Of a stretch of DNA of 64,000 nucleotides, positions 1 to 13,614 are shown one piece after another. The position numbers and the translations under genes are program-made. Under the pieces are notes generated by a model. It was not told the DNA's origin. It did not search any database and saw nothing but the letters and a program-made list of their open reading frames with translations. Source of the stretch: Octopus vulgaris. Lineage: Eukaryota. Location of the stretch: positions 1,488,001 through 1,552,000 of the forward strand of contig OX597822.1 of the NCBI GenBank assembly GCA_951406725.2. Direction: 5' to 3'. Position 1 is the first letter of the stretch, and every line of letters starts with the position of its first letter.

Positions 1-1104
1 TTTACAGTTAGAGGGCTCGTACTCTCTATGGTCATTCAAAATCGTCCAAGGATGGTCGTGCTAGTTCTACCTAAATATCTAAAACCATAAGAAAAAGAAA
101 TGAATGTTGCACTCTTCATGAAGTTCGTATGTGGAATGAAACATCTGCTAGTGAGAATAACATAAAAACTTGATATAACATTACTACTGAACTTTTTTCA
201 ATCTGACAAACATGAGAATAAAGATGCCGATAAAAACTACAAAAACTTCAGAAACAAGAACTATATTGATAATGAGCTACGGAATGAGTATGCTGTTGTT
301 GAACAACCTACCAGAAACTGTAGCGAAATATCTCTTGAGTCATGTATTTAAAGCATAAATGATATATTGGATAATGTACTTCTAAATATTCCTATACGGG
401 TGGTATGGCCGCAGCCAGATCTTCTTTCAACGCAGGTCGGTTGATCAAGGTTGACCTGTTGTTAAATAACAACCATAAGACAATTACGTCTATAAGCCAG
501 TATAATGGAACAGCCACTGCGTAGATAATTGGTCTCTTAGAAAGTGCAACTGAATCTCCCTTAAAACACACACGGATTTCTTAAAAGTGGACACATTGCA
601 TAATATGATCCGAGTGCCTTGCCCTTAGGAAATGATTTTAAAAATAGGTCTGCTCCCTGCATGTTCCGGGGATGATACCACTACGTGGCATCTTGAGCAA
701 ATGTTATTCTCTATAACTCTTGGTCAATCCATATATGTTCAGCGTATTTCGGTGGAGAGAAACTGAATTCTAACTCGTCAGATGTATTGTGCCTGTCATT
801 TACCATTTCCTTCAGTCAAACCAAGCCTTAGAAGTGAAAGTGAAAGTTGGAGACAGCTGTTCGACCGTTAAATGGGTTGTAACCGAAATTCAAAGATACA
901 GCCTCGTCACAAACTGTGTTGCATTGATTCAGTTTGAGAATGACTTCAAAGATTAATATTTCTGAGGAATATTCAGCCACGTAGATGTTAATTCAGGAGC
1001 AAGTAATTCATTTGATCCAACAGCTGAATCCTGGTTATAGAAATCGTCGAAGATCCATTGTAAAGTCAAAAGATGTACGCTTAAAATTAATTTATGCCAT
1101 ACAT

Positions 1105-1701
<597 letters not shown>

Positions 1702-1702
<1 letters not shown>

Positions 1703-2030
1703 AATCCTACAATTATGAGTATTATTATAATTAGGGTTCTGCAAAGATTTGCTTCACCACATTACCGAAATTTAGAAATAACAGTTAAAACTAATATTTC
1801 ACTACCTGGGAGATTTTCTTATGGTAGTGAAATAGTTTTAACTGCTATTTCTAAATTTCGGTATGTTGGTGAAGGAAATTTTTGCTGAACCGTAATTATA
1901 ATTATACTCATAATTATAGTATTTTTGTAAAAAGTTTATCGATAATGGTTCTTTTAACATACCGAACTACTTGGTAAAATTATTAATAATTAATTAATTA
2001 ATTTTACCCTTTATTATTATTGATAATATA
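1702..2030 (+). mobile_element. Fold-back repeat element in (TA)n, probably a Penelope-like pLTR remnant
   Basis: Imperfect inverted repeat 1702-1806/1823-1924; homologous to 18150-18410; decayed HHR-like string at 1934-1981. Confidence 0.5.
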
Positions 2031-2325
2031 TGTATATATATTTTTTTCTAGTTTCAGCTCAGAGCTGCGGCCATGCTGATACATATATACATATATACAT
2101 GCACAATTGGGAATTTTGACTGGCGACCGTTGGTGCTGCAGCCTACGGTTGCTTTCGGATTAAGAGACGAGGCGAAAAACGTTTGCTAAGAAATGGAAGG
2201 GAGAATTTTCTCTTCAGTGGAGGGAAACACCCAGGGCTTATAATCTTTTTTTTTTGTTATATTTTTATTATGGGAGGTCATTTCCTTATGAGTAACAAAA
2301 CATGAAAAACCTATTTCCATATAAT

Positions 2326-2966
2326 TCATCCCATCCAGCCGCGACTGGCCTTAAATGCGTCTGCAGATGTATCCACCGTCGATGTTGCAGGGTTCTGCTT
2401 CGGGAAATTCCTATACATAGCTCGTGCCTTTTTTGCAGATGACGGTTTTCCATAAGCGTATTCCCTGTGAGTTGCTTCTCTTTGATCCACAAGGGAAGCA
2501 ATTTTTCTATCTCTTCGTGGATAGACATGCGTTGCTTGGAGAGCCTGGAGACACCCTTTGCTGTTGTAATGGATTTGATCTCGTCCTTTTTTTTTCAGGA
2601 TGGTGCAGATCGCCGACGTGCTTCGGTCGTATTGACGTGCTATGTCCATTATACGCTCTCCTCTCTCATGTTCATCAATGATTTCCGTCTCCAGGTCTAT
2701 CTTAATCAGCTTTTTATTCTTCTCAGTACTATACTTCTTTGGACACATGAAAAAAACTGGGAGAAACAGAACAGCGATGGTGCCACAATGAGATGAACAC
2801 GTAAGCTAGCGGTAGCTGCGCTTGTTGAGAGAGCGTGTGTGAGCTCATTGCTGAGTATCTGTCGTTCGTGCGAGACGCGCTCGTACTACGAATATCCACT
2901 CGTACGTCAAGGCAATAATTCGCACGAGTCTCGGCAAATTACTCGTACAATGGTGCACTCGTACGT
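2326..2966 (-). mobile_element. Tigger/pogo transposase 5' fragment (frameshifted)
   Basis: EIIDEHERGERIMDIARQYDRSTSAICTILKKK (CENP-B N-terminal HTH), EIEKLLPLWIKEKQLTG and FKASRGW motifs in different frames. Confidence 0.88.
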
Positions 2967-3200
2967 GTATGTATGTATGTATGTATGCATGTATGTATGT
3001 ATGTATGTATGTATGCATGTATGTATGTATGTATAATGTATGTATGTATGTATGCATGTATGTATGTATGTATGTATGTATGCATGTATGTATGTATGTA
3101 TAATGTATGTATGTATGTATGTATAATGTATGTATGTATGCATGCATGTATGTATGTATGTATGTATGTATGTATGTATGTATGTATGCATGCATATATG

Positions 3201-3267
<67 letters not shown>

Positions 3268-3275
3268 ATATATAA
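2967..3275. repeat. (TATG)n/(TA)n microsatellite
   Basis: Visible tandem repeats. Confidence 0.97.
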
Positions 3276-3759
3276 AAGCAGAAAATGGAGAAAACCTTAG
3301 ATCAACAAACAAACAAATTGACCAACATCGGTCAATTATTTTTCAATACAGAACTTACATATCATTACCTAACACTTCTTACGGCCGTTTCGGCTGCCGG
3401 TGTAAATCGGTGCTTACAAAGAAAATTCCGAAAATAATATTCAACTTTATAGCACATGTGATCTAGTACATGGAGCTTCATCAGAGTGAATACCAATACA
3501 AAAAATAAATAAAACAAAATAAACGAAGGGAAGAAGGAAAAGGAAGAACAATTGCGTCCATGTGACTTTAATACAGATATTAAGGTCACTGTTTAAGCTA
3601 AAAAAAGATCCATATTAAAAATAATACTATCATCCTTTATTTTGAGCTGTTGTTTTTAACATGGATTTTCTTTTAACCTGTACAATATATTCTGTGTTTT
3701 GTAGAATGATACGTTAAGGAGCTTTTTTTATTAGTGCCTCCGGATTAGTTGAATCCATA

Positions 3760-3959
3760 TTGGATAGATCGTTAGCCACTACACACATTTTTTTTCTCTC
3801 CATGTTTCTCTCCTTGTTTTTTTTCTGTGTCCCTTTTCTGTAGAAGAGCGTAGGCTCGAAACGTAAAAGACTTTTTCAATTTCTGAGCGTTATACTAATA
3901 CATCTGTTTGTTTTGTACACCACCTGTCTTCGTCTTTTGTTTTTTTCGTAAACTCTCCC

Positions 3960-3960
<1 letters not shown>
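3760..3960 (+). mobile_element. Short PLE-like element (family H2), copy 1, with variant hammerhead fold at 3833-3870
   Basis: Homologous to 37030-37320, 37501-37744, 42147-42342 and 59080-59240; 3' end abuts (TA)n; CTTTT-CTGTAGA-A-GAGC-GTAG-GCTC-GAAAC-GTA-AAAG. Confidence 0.65.
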
Positions 3961-4000
<40 letters not shown>

Positions 4001-4269
4001 ACACACGCTTAAACATATTTGTTGCTTATAACTGTACATACTAACACGAATATGCACGTATGCTCACACTTGCATAACGTATTATACTGTAAATCAATAC
4101 TAAAAGTACAAATTTTAGTCAATAACAAACAGGTTTTTCTATACACTACGTAAACATAGATAAGTAGCTAAACAATATTTTCATGCACATAAAAAGTAGG
4201 AGCGGCTAAATTTTGCACTTTGGGCGATTTATTTCACTCCTGACTTTGAATGTGATCAAATAATAATAG

Positions 4270-4540
4270 AAGTACGTAGGCCAGGATTTCAATGAATCCA
4301 CTTTGTAAGACATTCAATCATTTGGGAAATACGTCTGTAGTTACGTCATACTTCAAAAACATAATCAGCAGAACTTCTTCTTTCTTAAGCGACTTTCACC
4401 CTGGGCGGGTTGAGTTGGCTTCTTCCACCACCCTCGAGGCATTGTATTCGCCATTGAGAATTCATGGAAGAAGTTTCGTGGGAATATGTGGATTTCACAA
4501 GCGGTCCCCAACAATCCCGATAGAAAATCGAAGTTGTATC
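4270..4540 (-). mobile_element. Possible decayed Tc1/mariner-superfamily transposase fragment
   Basis: Minus-strand translation QLRFSIGIVGDRL...ILNGEY resembles the QRFSVNVWAGIVGDRLIGP...LNGE.Y motif; multiple stops. Confidence 0.35.
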
Positions 4541-6082
4541 TGTGTAAAAAAAAAAGGTTCAAAATTGAAACAACGATGATAGGTGAGAGAACAAATCAAA
4601 GGAGATTAATTCTGTCAATACTGATCTGTATTAATAAAGGTTTCTGTAGAATTTCTAGTTTTAGGGAAAGGGTACAATCAACTGAATCTACCACTGTACA
4701 CTGTTGGTATTTAAACTATTTTATCAACATTGAGAAGAGGAAAATGAAAGCAAATATACATACATACATGCCTGCATACACACATACATTCACACATACA
4801 TACATACATACGTACATACATACATACATACATACATACATACATACATACACACACATACTCACACATACACACACACGCACACATCTGGATTAATGAG
4901 TAGAAGGAAGATAATGCGAAAGTAGAGCAAATATATTCTTTGTGGGAGAGAATGTTGTGACTCCACGATCTATATTTTCCCATGAAATCATCAATCGAAA
5001 AAATATAAAAGTATACGTCCCTTGTATACAAAATTTTAAACTATATTCTGATCTATGCTTGTGACGTCAATGTCTGGAGATGTAACCACATAAATGTGAT
5101 AACTCAAGCATACGAGTCATATTGTGTTGAATTACAATGCAATTTATGCTGTCTGAAATTCAAGATAGCTACCCTACAGCTCCACTTCATTAAAACATGC
5201 ATCTCCTCCAAGCTATACACAAAATCTATCAATTCAGCTGTCAAGCGGTTAGGACTCACAGAACATCAAGGGAGAAAGCTGAAACACACGATGTTACAAA
5301 ACATCAAAAGGAAAATATTCAAAGAAATCAACCAATACCAAAAACGTAGAAAATAAAAAATAAGAAATAAGTGGAAATTTTACCGGTGAGTGTGTTAAAT
5401 AATAAGGCACTAAAAGAGAATGACTCCCCCCAGACACAACAGAATATGCGTCAACACACGAACTCATATAAAGAATCTTGCAAACCAAATCCAAAAACGA
5501 AAATTAAAAAGAAAATTATAAAAAAAGGATTGGTGGAAACTGAAGAAAAAGTTACATCGGAGTCCTTCCCAATCGGTTATTTTTGCAAATTAAACCACAG
5601 GAGTACAAAATGACTGTTGATGATCTAGATAAGAAAGTTGGCTCAATAAGGTTTCAAAAGCACAATATCCTTCATTGCGAGCTCTAAATAGTACTATTTC
5701 TAAACACTAACTGTTGAGACTATACACTGATGCATGACCAAATGTTGCATAACTCTTTAACTTCATACCTTGCACATTATATATTTGCTTGTCATTCTCT
5801 AGACTATTGGACAAAGGAAGCCTCGAGTTTACGAAATTCCCCAGATTATATTTCTACCAGTAGCCTTCATAATTCAAAGAAGAATTAAATGAAATTGTGA
5901 CTCATCAAACTAAGTTAAAGAAAACAGTTACAATAGGAAACGACATTAGCCACAAGACATTTCTCTTCTCTTTTTATATAGAATTAATCAGTATTTTAGG
6001 AGTTTGAATGAATATGAAGTCTTGGCATTCTTGCTTCCTGCATTACTTTATGTTGGTCTTGCAGTCTATAACTAGATAGAGT

Positions 6083-6526
6083 GGATCTTTTCGGTTTGAA
6101 CGGCAGTTTTTTTCTAGCGGTGTCATATGAAATTGTCACCCATAATTATGACCCTAGTATCGATCTATTGCATTTCAATCTGTTTTAGGGTTAGGGTTAG
6201 AGCTAGGGTTAGTTAGGGTCAGTTAGGGATAGTTAGGGTTAGGGTTAGGGGTTGTTTGACGGGTATCTTTTTTTCTTCAGAAATGTAAATAAACCCAATC
6301 TGTTTCTTAAACGAGGGACATATTCATACGGCACAGAATGTTTTCACCTCAATAGACGTCATTGATTGGTTGAATTTGCAGAAATTGAAGAAAAACAACA
6401 ACAAATATCTTACAAACCATAGAAAAACGATGTTTTATAAACACATTCTACCAGTATACTAAGTTTAAAAGTGTTTAGTTACGTGGAAATTATTTTTAAA
6501 AACTGCCGGTCAAACCGAAAAGATCC
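6083..6526. mobile_element. MITE with ~29 bp TIRs, imperfect 8 bp TSD and internal TTAGGG tract
   Basis: GGATCTTTTCGGTTTGAACGGCAGTTTTT ... AAAAACTGCCGGTCAAACCGAAAAGATCC; flanks GATAGAGT/GATAGATT; TTAGGG-like repeats 6184-6253. Confidence 0.88.
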
Positions 6527-6967
6527 GATAGATTGAATGGAAGATAATTTTTAAAAAGCGATTAAATCGCACTGCTAACACAGGTAGGACACAGTGTATT
6601 GACTCATAAGCCCTTGATATAATTGGTATTACGTTTGCTTAACGAAATACGGTGTCCCTACAAGTCATTAGTACTAATTTCACTTCTAATTTCGGTACAA
6701 GGCCAGAATTGTTTATAAGAGGTGAAGATGCTTATATCGACCCCAGTGCTTCACGGGTAGTTATCAACGTCGAAAGGATGAAAGCCAAAGTGGTAATGAA
6801 CCGGCAGAAATGCCTCTAAGCAATTTGCCCGATATGCTAAATTCTAAACAGTCAGCTCATCAATAGCACATCGTTAGCACCAGATGCCGAAATCTTACTA
6901 ATTATCGTAAATTAGATGCTAATAAAAGTGTATCAAAGCTCATAAGCTTATTTTAACTATATTCTTT

Positions 6968-7209
6968 GCTCTCTTTTTACTTGTTTCAGTCATTTGACTG
7001 AGGCCATGCTGGAGCACCGCCTTTAGTCGAACAAATCCACCCCAGGGCATATTCTTTAGAAGCATAGTACTTATTCTATCGGCTCTTATGCCGAACCGCT
7101 AGATTAAGGAGACGTAAACACACCAGCATCGGTTGTCAAGCGATGTTGGGGGGACAAACACAGACACACAAACATACATACACACACACACATACATACA
7201 TACATAGAT

Positions 7210-7263
<54 letters not shown>

Positions 7264-7332
7264 ACACATATATATATATTTTTTTTTCTTTAACTTTTCA
7301 GCTCAGAGCTGTGGCCATGCTGATGCACCGCC

Positions 7333-7376
<44 letters not shown>

Positions 7377-7525
7377 GACGGGCTTCTTTCAGTTTCCGTC
7401 TACCAAATCCACTCACAAGGCTTTGGTCGGCCCGAGGCTATAGCAGAAGACACTTGCCCAAGAAGCCACGCAGTGGGACTGAACCCGGAACCATGTGGTT
7501 CGTAGGCAAGTTATTTACCACACAC
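6968..7525 (-). mobile_element. tRNA-derived SINE family B (internal microsatellite)
   Basis: Homologous to 14626-14945, 17910-18700, 19822-20236 and 40921-41275; tRNA-like head TGTGGTAA...GGTTCCGGGTTCAGTCCC, tail CAGCATGGCC..AGTCAAATGACTGAAACAAG. Confidence 0.85.
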
Positions 7526-7729
7526 CCACTTTTGGTGGAATTTGAGCCCCATGAATGAAAATTTAAAAAATATTCCTTGCAAATTACAACACTATTCGTG
7601 CAAAAGAAACCAGGTTGAACAACTAAAATGTTGTACCTGCTTAATGGTCGAGAATCTAAATTTCTACTGACTTTCTGTATTTAAGTTATGTCACTTTGTC
7701 CTGTATTAAAGATCGGAGTAATATTGCTT

Positions 7730-7945
7730 TCAAATATTGGTACAAGGCCAGCAATTTCGGAAGAAGAGTTAAATCTATTACATCAACCCCAGTATGCAAC
7801 TGGTACTTATTTTATCCAGCCTCCGAAAGGATGAAAGGTGCACTTGACTTTGGCGGAATTTGAACCCAGAGCATAAAGACGCACGAAATGCCGATAAGTA
7901 TTTTGCCCGGCGTGCTAACGATTCTGCCAGCTCATCGCCATGAAG
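7730..7945 (-). mobile_element. tRNA-derived SINE family A
   Basis: Reverse complement of the GGCGAGCTGGCAGAA...GTTCAAATTCC...CCTTTCATCCTTTCGG consensus. Confidence 0.8.
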
Positions 7946-7971
7946 GTAGGAGTAATATTAGCCATCGTGTG

Positions 7972-8150
7972 AGGTGGCGAGCGGATAGGATCGTTAACAC
8001 GCCGGGCGAAATGTTTAGCAGTATTTCGCCTGTCTTTACGTTCTGAGTTCAAATTCCACCGAGGTTGACTTTGCCTTTCATCCTTTCGGGGCCGATAAAT
8101 TAAATACCAGTTACGTACTGGAGTCGATCTAATCGACTGGCCCACTCCGT
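7972..8150 (+). mobile_element. tRNA-derived SINE family A
   Basis: B-box-like GAGTTCAAATTCC followed by GCCTTTCATCCTTTCGGGGCCGATAAATTAAATACCAG (Meta-domain-like). Confidence 0.85.
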
Positions 8151-8299
8151 AAAAGGATCGATAGAATATGCACCAAACTTTAAAAATAGGTACTGGTATA
8201 TTCAACTAAACCATTCAAGTCTGTGCTTGGGAGAAGTCTAATAACAGAAAAAATTAAACTGAAATTAAATAAATTCACGCATACATACGCACGCGTGCA

Positions 8300-8363
<64 letters not shown>

Positions 8364-8438
8364 ATATAACAAAAATCCTGTGTATGCGCATGCGTTATGT
8401 GTATCATAAACTTAGCGCTTCCTCCTAAGATAGATAAC

Positions 8439-8510
<72 letters not shown>

Positions 8511-8513
<3 letters not shown>

Positions 8514-9112
8514 CTTTATTAGCCACACAGGGCTGCACACAGACGGGACAGATTACAAAGTAGAACTTTTCACTTTTGGGGGAAGAACAAAAAAAAGGTG
8601 GGGTAGGTTTTCGATCAAAAGGGATCGTAAAAATGAAAGAAGAAAGAAAAAGAAAAAAGGGAAAAGAAACAAAAAGAAAAAAACCCCGATCAATAGGGAT
8701 CGTGTATCACAGTGTCATGATGTACGGTGTAAAGGGGGAAGCAGATAAGGTTTATCCGTGGGAAGAAAAGCCTATGGAAAAGACCACGGTAACCTCGGTC
8801 AATATTGTTACATGTTACCACATTTGTTTGCAAGTGGGTAACCCTCTGTTTTAAATTTCCGGGTTCATAGGATTCATGCTCAAGTTGGCTTCGTCATTCA
8901 TACGTGCCATTCTTGCTACATTCACCCATCTTTTTTAAAACATTCGCTAGACAAAACTTGCCTCTCTACTCTCACTCTCCTTTTCAAGTGATACTTGAAG
9001 AAGTTGATGAGAGATTGACCAGAGAGGAAAGTGTTTGTCTCCAATCCTTTCAGACGCGTCCACCAGATACATTCTTTCGCCATAGCCACGAGGATGATGA
9101 AAGTAGCTCTTC
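8511..9112 (-). mobile_element. 5'-truncated Tx1/L1-clade non-LTR retrotransposon (ORF2 C-terminus and 3'UTR)
   Basis: Highly similar to 63077-63755; ILVAMAKECIWWTRLKG...KRKVRVERQ-like peptide; AATAAA near the 3' end; flanked by (GATA)n/(GA)n. Confidence 0.85.
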
Positions 9113-9113
9113 T

Positions 9114-9237
<124 letters not shown>

Positions 9238-9827
9238 CGTGCACCCATCTGTATATCTATGTGCTTGTATATGCGTGCGCCTGTTTGTGCGCGGATATGT
9301 TATATAAATTATGAAATCGCTGTAGAATATTAAGCATTTCATAAAATTTCTATTAAAAAATCATTACTTTTGAAATGAATGCATGGGACATAACAATAGT
9401 TAGAAAAATGATAGTTACCTCCCTTGAACCGGTTATCGTAATTATCTACTCTTATTTGTATCTCTCAAATTGCTTTTTCATTATCCATAATTAACGATTG
9501 TCGCTGCTGGAAAATAGTGCCTGGCATAAAGTGGAACTGTGTCTTTTGAGGTATAGAGTTATTTTCACTTCCATTCATTCTGTTTTATTCTGTCGGGTGA
9601 TTCCGCTATTCTTGGGGTGTCAGTCATTAATGAATCGCTGATCTGTTGACAATCCAACAGAAAAAAGTGTTTGTACTGTATTCCCATTATCCAACTTCTA
9701 TGAGGATATGAGCCGGATATTAGTTTTAAGCCATACGAAAAAACAAACGAATAAGTAAATAAATAAATAAATAAAATAATGGTTTCAAATTTTAACACAA
9801 GTCCAGCAATTATTATTATTATTATAC

Positions 9828-10045
9828 GAGGTGGCGAGCTGGCAGAATCGTGAGAGCGTTGGACGAAATGCTTAGCGGTATTTCGCCCGTCGCTACGTTC
9901 TGCGTTCAAATTCCGCCGCTGTCGACTTTACCTTTTTTCCTTTCGGGGACGAAAACTCAAGTACCAGTGCAACACTGGGGTCAATGTAATCGATTAGTCC
10001 CCTCACCACAAAATTTGCAGCCTTGTCTCTCCAGTAGAAAGGATT
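9828..10045 (+). mobile_element. SINE family A
   Basis: GGTGGCGAGCTGGCAGAATCG...GTTCAAATTCCGCC. Confidence 0.82.
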
Positions 10046-10059
10046 AATATTATTTTATT

Positions 10060-11903
10060 ATCTTTACACAGCTTCTAACGCAGGAGACGTATTACGGTGT
10101 CAGATGTTCATAACCAGGGAACTAAGGTAACACCTCTTATTTTTCCAGCACCTTTCGGAGTATTTGAGCGGTTCCAAGCAGTGCTGCTTTCTGCAAGTGC
10201 TTCACTCTTATTGCAGCCCCTATTTGTTCCATGTACTTCTCAAGATTTTGACTCACTCTTTCCCAGCGCTCAGACAATTATTGGTACTACTACCACCTTT
10301 TTAAGCTACCACAACTGCTTAAACTCCCAAGCTAACCTGTCATACTTACCGACTTTTCTTTGTTCCTTTCCAGATACCTTGTTGTCGCCTGGGCATGCTA
10401 TATCTATGATCCAGTATAGTTTGCTTTCTTTCTCAATTAAGACTATGTCTAGCTTCCTATTCTATATCTCATGTTGGCACTAAATCATAAATTCCCATAG
10501 GATCTTTGCATTATCATTTTCGATCATGCCTTCGGGTTTATGTTCGTACCAATTTTTTGCTCTGTCAAGTCCATACTTGTTGCAAACTGTCTATTATATT
10601 CTTTCTGCAAAGTGTCTATTATATTTCTTTCTAGTATATTCTTTTTGGGATAGTGGCGTACATTGACTGGTAATATGCCATCCGATTTCACCATTTTGTC
10701 CACAAATTCTGCACTTATCGCTTTCTGATCTATTGCCTATTCTGTATTTGGTGTAATTGGTTCTTAATACTTTCTCTTGGGCAAGCATACAATCACTTTT
10801 AGTCATCCATAGCCATCTTTTTTCTCTGTCTTTCTTATCTTCAACATCCCAATGAAATTGTCCATGCACTCTTTTCTTTACTCACCTATTTTCAGTTTCA
10901 TCCATTTTCAAGTGCTTGTATAGTGCTTTATCTTTGCAATCTTCCATCCTACACAAGCCTGACCTTCTTACTTCCAATAATAGCCGTTCTGTGACATTTT
11001 TTTACATACCATGCTATGTTGTTTTCTTCTGCTCTAATACTGTGTTCGCATCCAATCAGTTCTCCCCACCTCTTTTTCTTGGTACATACAGTCAGTTTGT
11101 GTCACTTTTTGGATGGATTATCCCATATCTAGTCAGCAACATCCTTGTCTTTCTGTCTAAGCTGTTTAGTTCGTCTACTGTCCATGCGATTACCCCTGCT
11201 CCATATCTAATGCGTGAAACCGACCAGGTGTTGATAGCTTCAATCTTATTTCGTCCATTTAATTCCGACTTAAGAATCAATCTTAGTACTCCACCTTAAA
11301 TTTTTGTCATTTCTTTCTCCATCAATTTATCCATTTCCAATATCGCCAAATAGCTATAGCCCATCTCATCAATTTGCTTCATAACTTCCCCCGATGTTAT
11401 CGTTAACCCGTCCATACATTTAGTTTGGCTTCACTTCAAGACTAACACATCACACATTTTCAATCCCAACTCAATTCTGACATTAGCACTAAAAATATAC
11501 ACCGTATCAACAAGGGAACTGACTTGGGATTCAACTTTACCATAAAGATAGAGGTCATCCAAAAAAAAGAAGTGGTTGACATTTTGTTGGCGGCTCTTGA
11601 AAACCTACCCAGCCTTGCTTTCCTCAGAATCAGTGTTAGTAGTAACATGCACAGTACGAAGATCAGTGGGAACAGGCAGTCCCCTTGGAAGATGCCTCTC
11701 CTGATTTATATTGCTCCTAAAGTTCTTCCATATGCTGTCAGTTCCGTCCTCCACTTCGCCATACTTTTTCCAAGCAATCGTTCAATATTCGATGCAAAAC
11801 CAAATAGGGTCATACATTCCACAATCCAAGAATGTGGGATTATATCGTACGCCTTACGATAATCGATCCATGACATGGCTAAGTTAGTTTTCCTCCTCTT
11901 GCT
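10060..11903 (-). mobile_element. Degenerate R4/Dong-clade non-LTR retrotransposon (RT, CCHC finger, restriction-like endonuclease)
   Basis: WIDYRKAYDIIPHSWI, RGIFQGDCLFPLIF, ILKSELNGRNKIEAINTW, MHGQF, CRICGQNGEIGWHITSQC and DIACPGD motifs; 3' end in a TAA-rich tract; frameshifts and stops. Confidence 0.88.
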
Positions 11904-12060
11904 TCTAGCGCTGGAGATGTACTACGGTGTTAGCTGTTTACTACCAGTGAACTAAAGTAACACACCTTATTTTTAGAGCACCATCCGGAGTATTCGAGAG
12001 GTTCCAAGCAGTGCTGTTTTCTGCAAGTGCTCCACCCTTATGGAAGCCCCTATTTGTTCA
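11904..12060 (-). mobile_element. Second, diverged 3' end of the same R4-like family
   Basis: Aligns by eye with 10075-10230 (GGTTCCAAGCAGTGCTG..TCTGCAAGTGCT...GCCCCTATTTGTTC). Confidence 0.75.
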
Positions 12061-12084
12061 GTTTTGTCTACCAGGAGTTGATCA

Positions 12085-12540
12085 TTGGAACCTCTGCATT
12101 TTAGCTTGTCAGCCCTCCACCTCCTTTCTCACATCTTCCACAAACTAACCCTCATTAACTTCACTCCTCTATACGCCCCACAACTCATCGCATCCCCCTT
12201 CCTCTTGAAGATCTGTCCCTCCATACTTAGTGCCCAATCATCTGGCATTCCTCTTCCTTCCAGCACACCCTGGAAGAGCTCCATCATCTCCACAATCCCT
12301 ATCTCTCCCCTTGCCATTATCATTTCCTACTTCTGCTGGACCAGCTGCATTTCCTATTTTCATTTCCTTCATTGCCTTCACAACTTCTTCCTGACTAACC
12401 CTCTCCACTGGCCCCTTTACTACCGCAACTTCCACCCTCTGATCCCATTCATTCTCCTCATTCTTAATTCCCTCCATATTCTCCTTCCACCACTCCCCTG
12501 TCTTTATCACTAAAATTCAACCTTCCATCTCTCCCCGTCA
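12085..12540 (-). mobile_element. RTE-clade LINE reverse transcriptase fragment
   Basis: GPVERVSQEEVVKAMKEMKIGNAAGP and GRGMPDDW...IFKRKGDAMSCGAYRGVKLM motifs. Confidence 0.82.
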
Positions 12541-12544
12541 CGCA

Positions 12545-13085
12545 TCGATTACATCGACCCTAGTGCTAAATTGGTATTATTTTATCAACCGAAATGTTAA
12601 TATTTTATCGGCGGAATTTGAACCCAGAACGTAAAGACGCTAACGACTCTGACAGCTCGCCATCTTAGTGTCAACTAAAATATTCTTTTCTAATCTAGGC
12701 ACAAGGCCCGGAATTTTGGGAGGAGGGCGCCAAGTCAATTAGATCAACCTCAGTACACAAATGGTACTTAATATATCAACCCCGAAAGGATGAAAAGTAA
12801 AGTCGACCTCGGCGGAATTTGAACTCAGAACGTTAAGACAGACGAAATGCCTATTTCTTTACTACCGATAAGGGGCTATACACAAAGGGGACAAACAAGG
12901 ACAGAAAAACGGATTAAGACGATTATATCGACCCCAGTGCGTAACTGGTACTTCTTTAATCGAACCCGAAAGGATGAAAGGCAAAGTTTCCGTCTACCAA
13001 ATCCACTCACAAGGCTTTGGTCGCCTCGAGGCCATAGTAGAAGACATTTGCCCAAGGTGCCACGCAATGAATTGAACCCGGATTG
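12545..13085 (-). mobile_element. Cluster of SINE A (dimeric) and SINE B fragments
   Basis: Repeated CCCGAAAGGATGAAA...GGAATTTGAACTCAGAACG units, then TTCCGTCTACCAAATCCACTCACAAGGCTTTGG. Confidence 0.8.
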
Positions 13086-13614
13086 TTTTTGTTTCGTTAT
13101 CTATCTATCTCGCACAACCAGGCACAAATATTCGTACGCACATTCTCACTCACACACACACATAGAGAGACGAACACGCGCGTGTGCGCACACGCTCGGA
13201 CATACGCACACACGCAAAGTGAGACACACTCTGAAACACTAGTACACACATACAAACAACCACAATAATACATACATATGTATGCATGCGTGCGCACACA
13301 TACACACACACATCCAAATGCTAAGACGCTCATGCAAGTTCTAAAACTTGTGCAAAATATACAAGAAGCTTGATAGACACATAAACACATACAGACAGGG
13401 ACAGTTAGATGCACGCACTCACAAGCACACACACACAGAGACTGATTACGCCTTACGTCCTTTTAGCACCTCCCTTAGCAGTAAGAGTTAGAAAATAAAA
13501 CAGCAGCAAAATAGCAAAAGCAAATCGACTCGAAATAAAGAATCGATTCAAAAATAACAATTGTGTTGATAATAACGAAATTAATTAGCGTGAAAATGTC
13601 AACCATACAGAGGT

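Noticed and set aside
4365-4562. Host exon with a polypyrimidine-CAG acceptor on the minus strand
   Set aside because: No partner exons; better explained as a transposase relic
5096-5613. Possible PLE ORF N-terminus (also 28470-28680)
   Set aside because: Only compositional resemblance; no diagnostic motif I can support
6184-6253. True telomere or chromosome fusion site
   Set aside because: Short, degenerate, single orientation and enclosed by MITE TIRs
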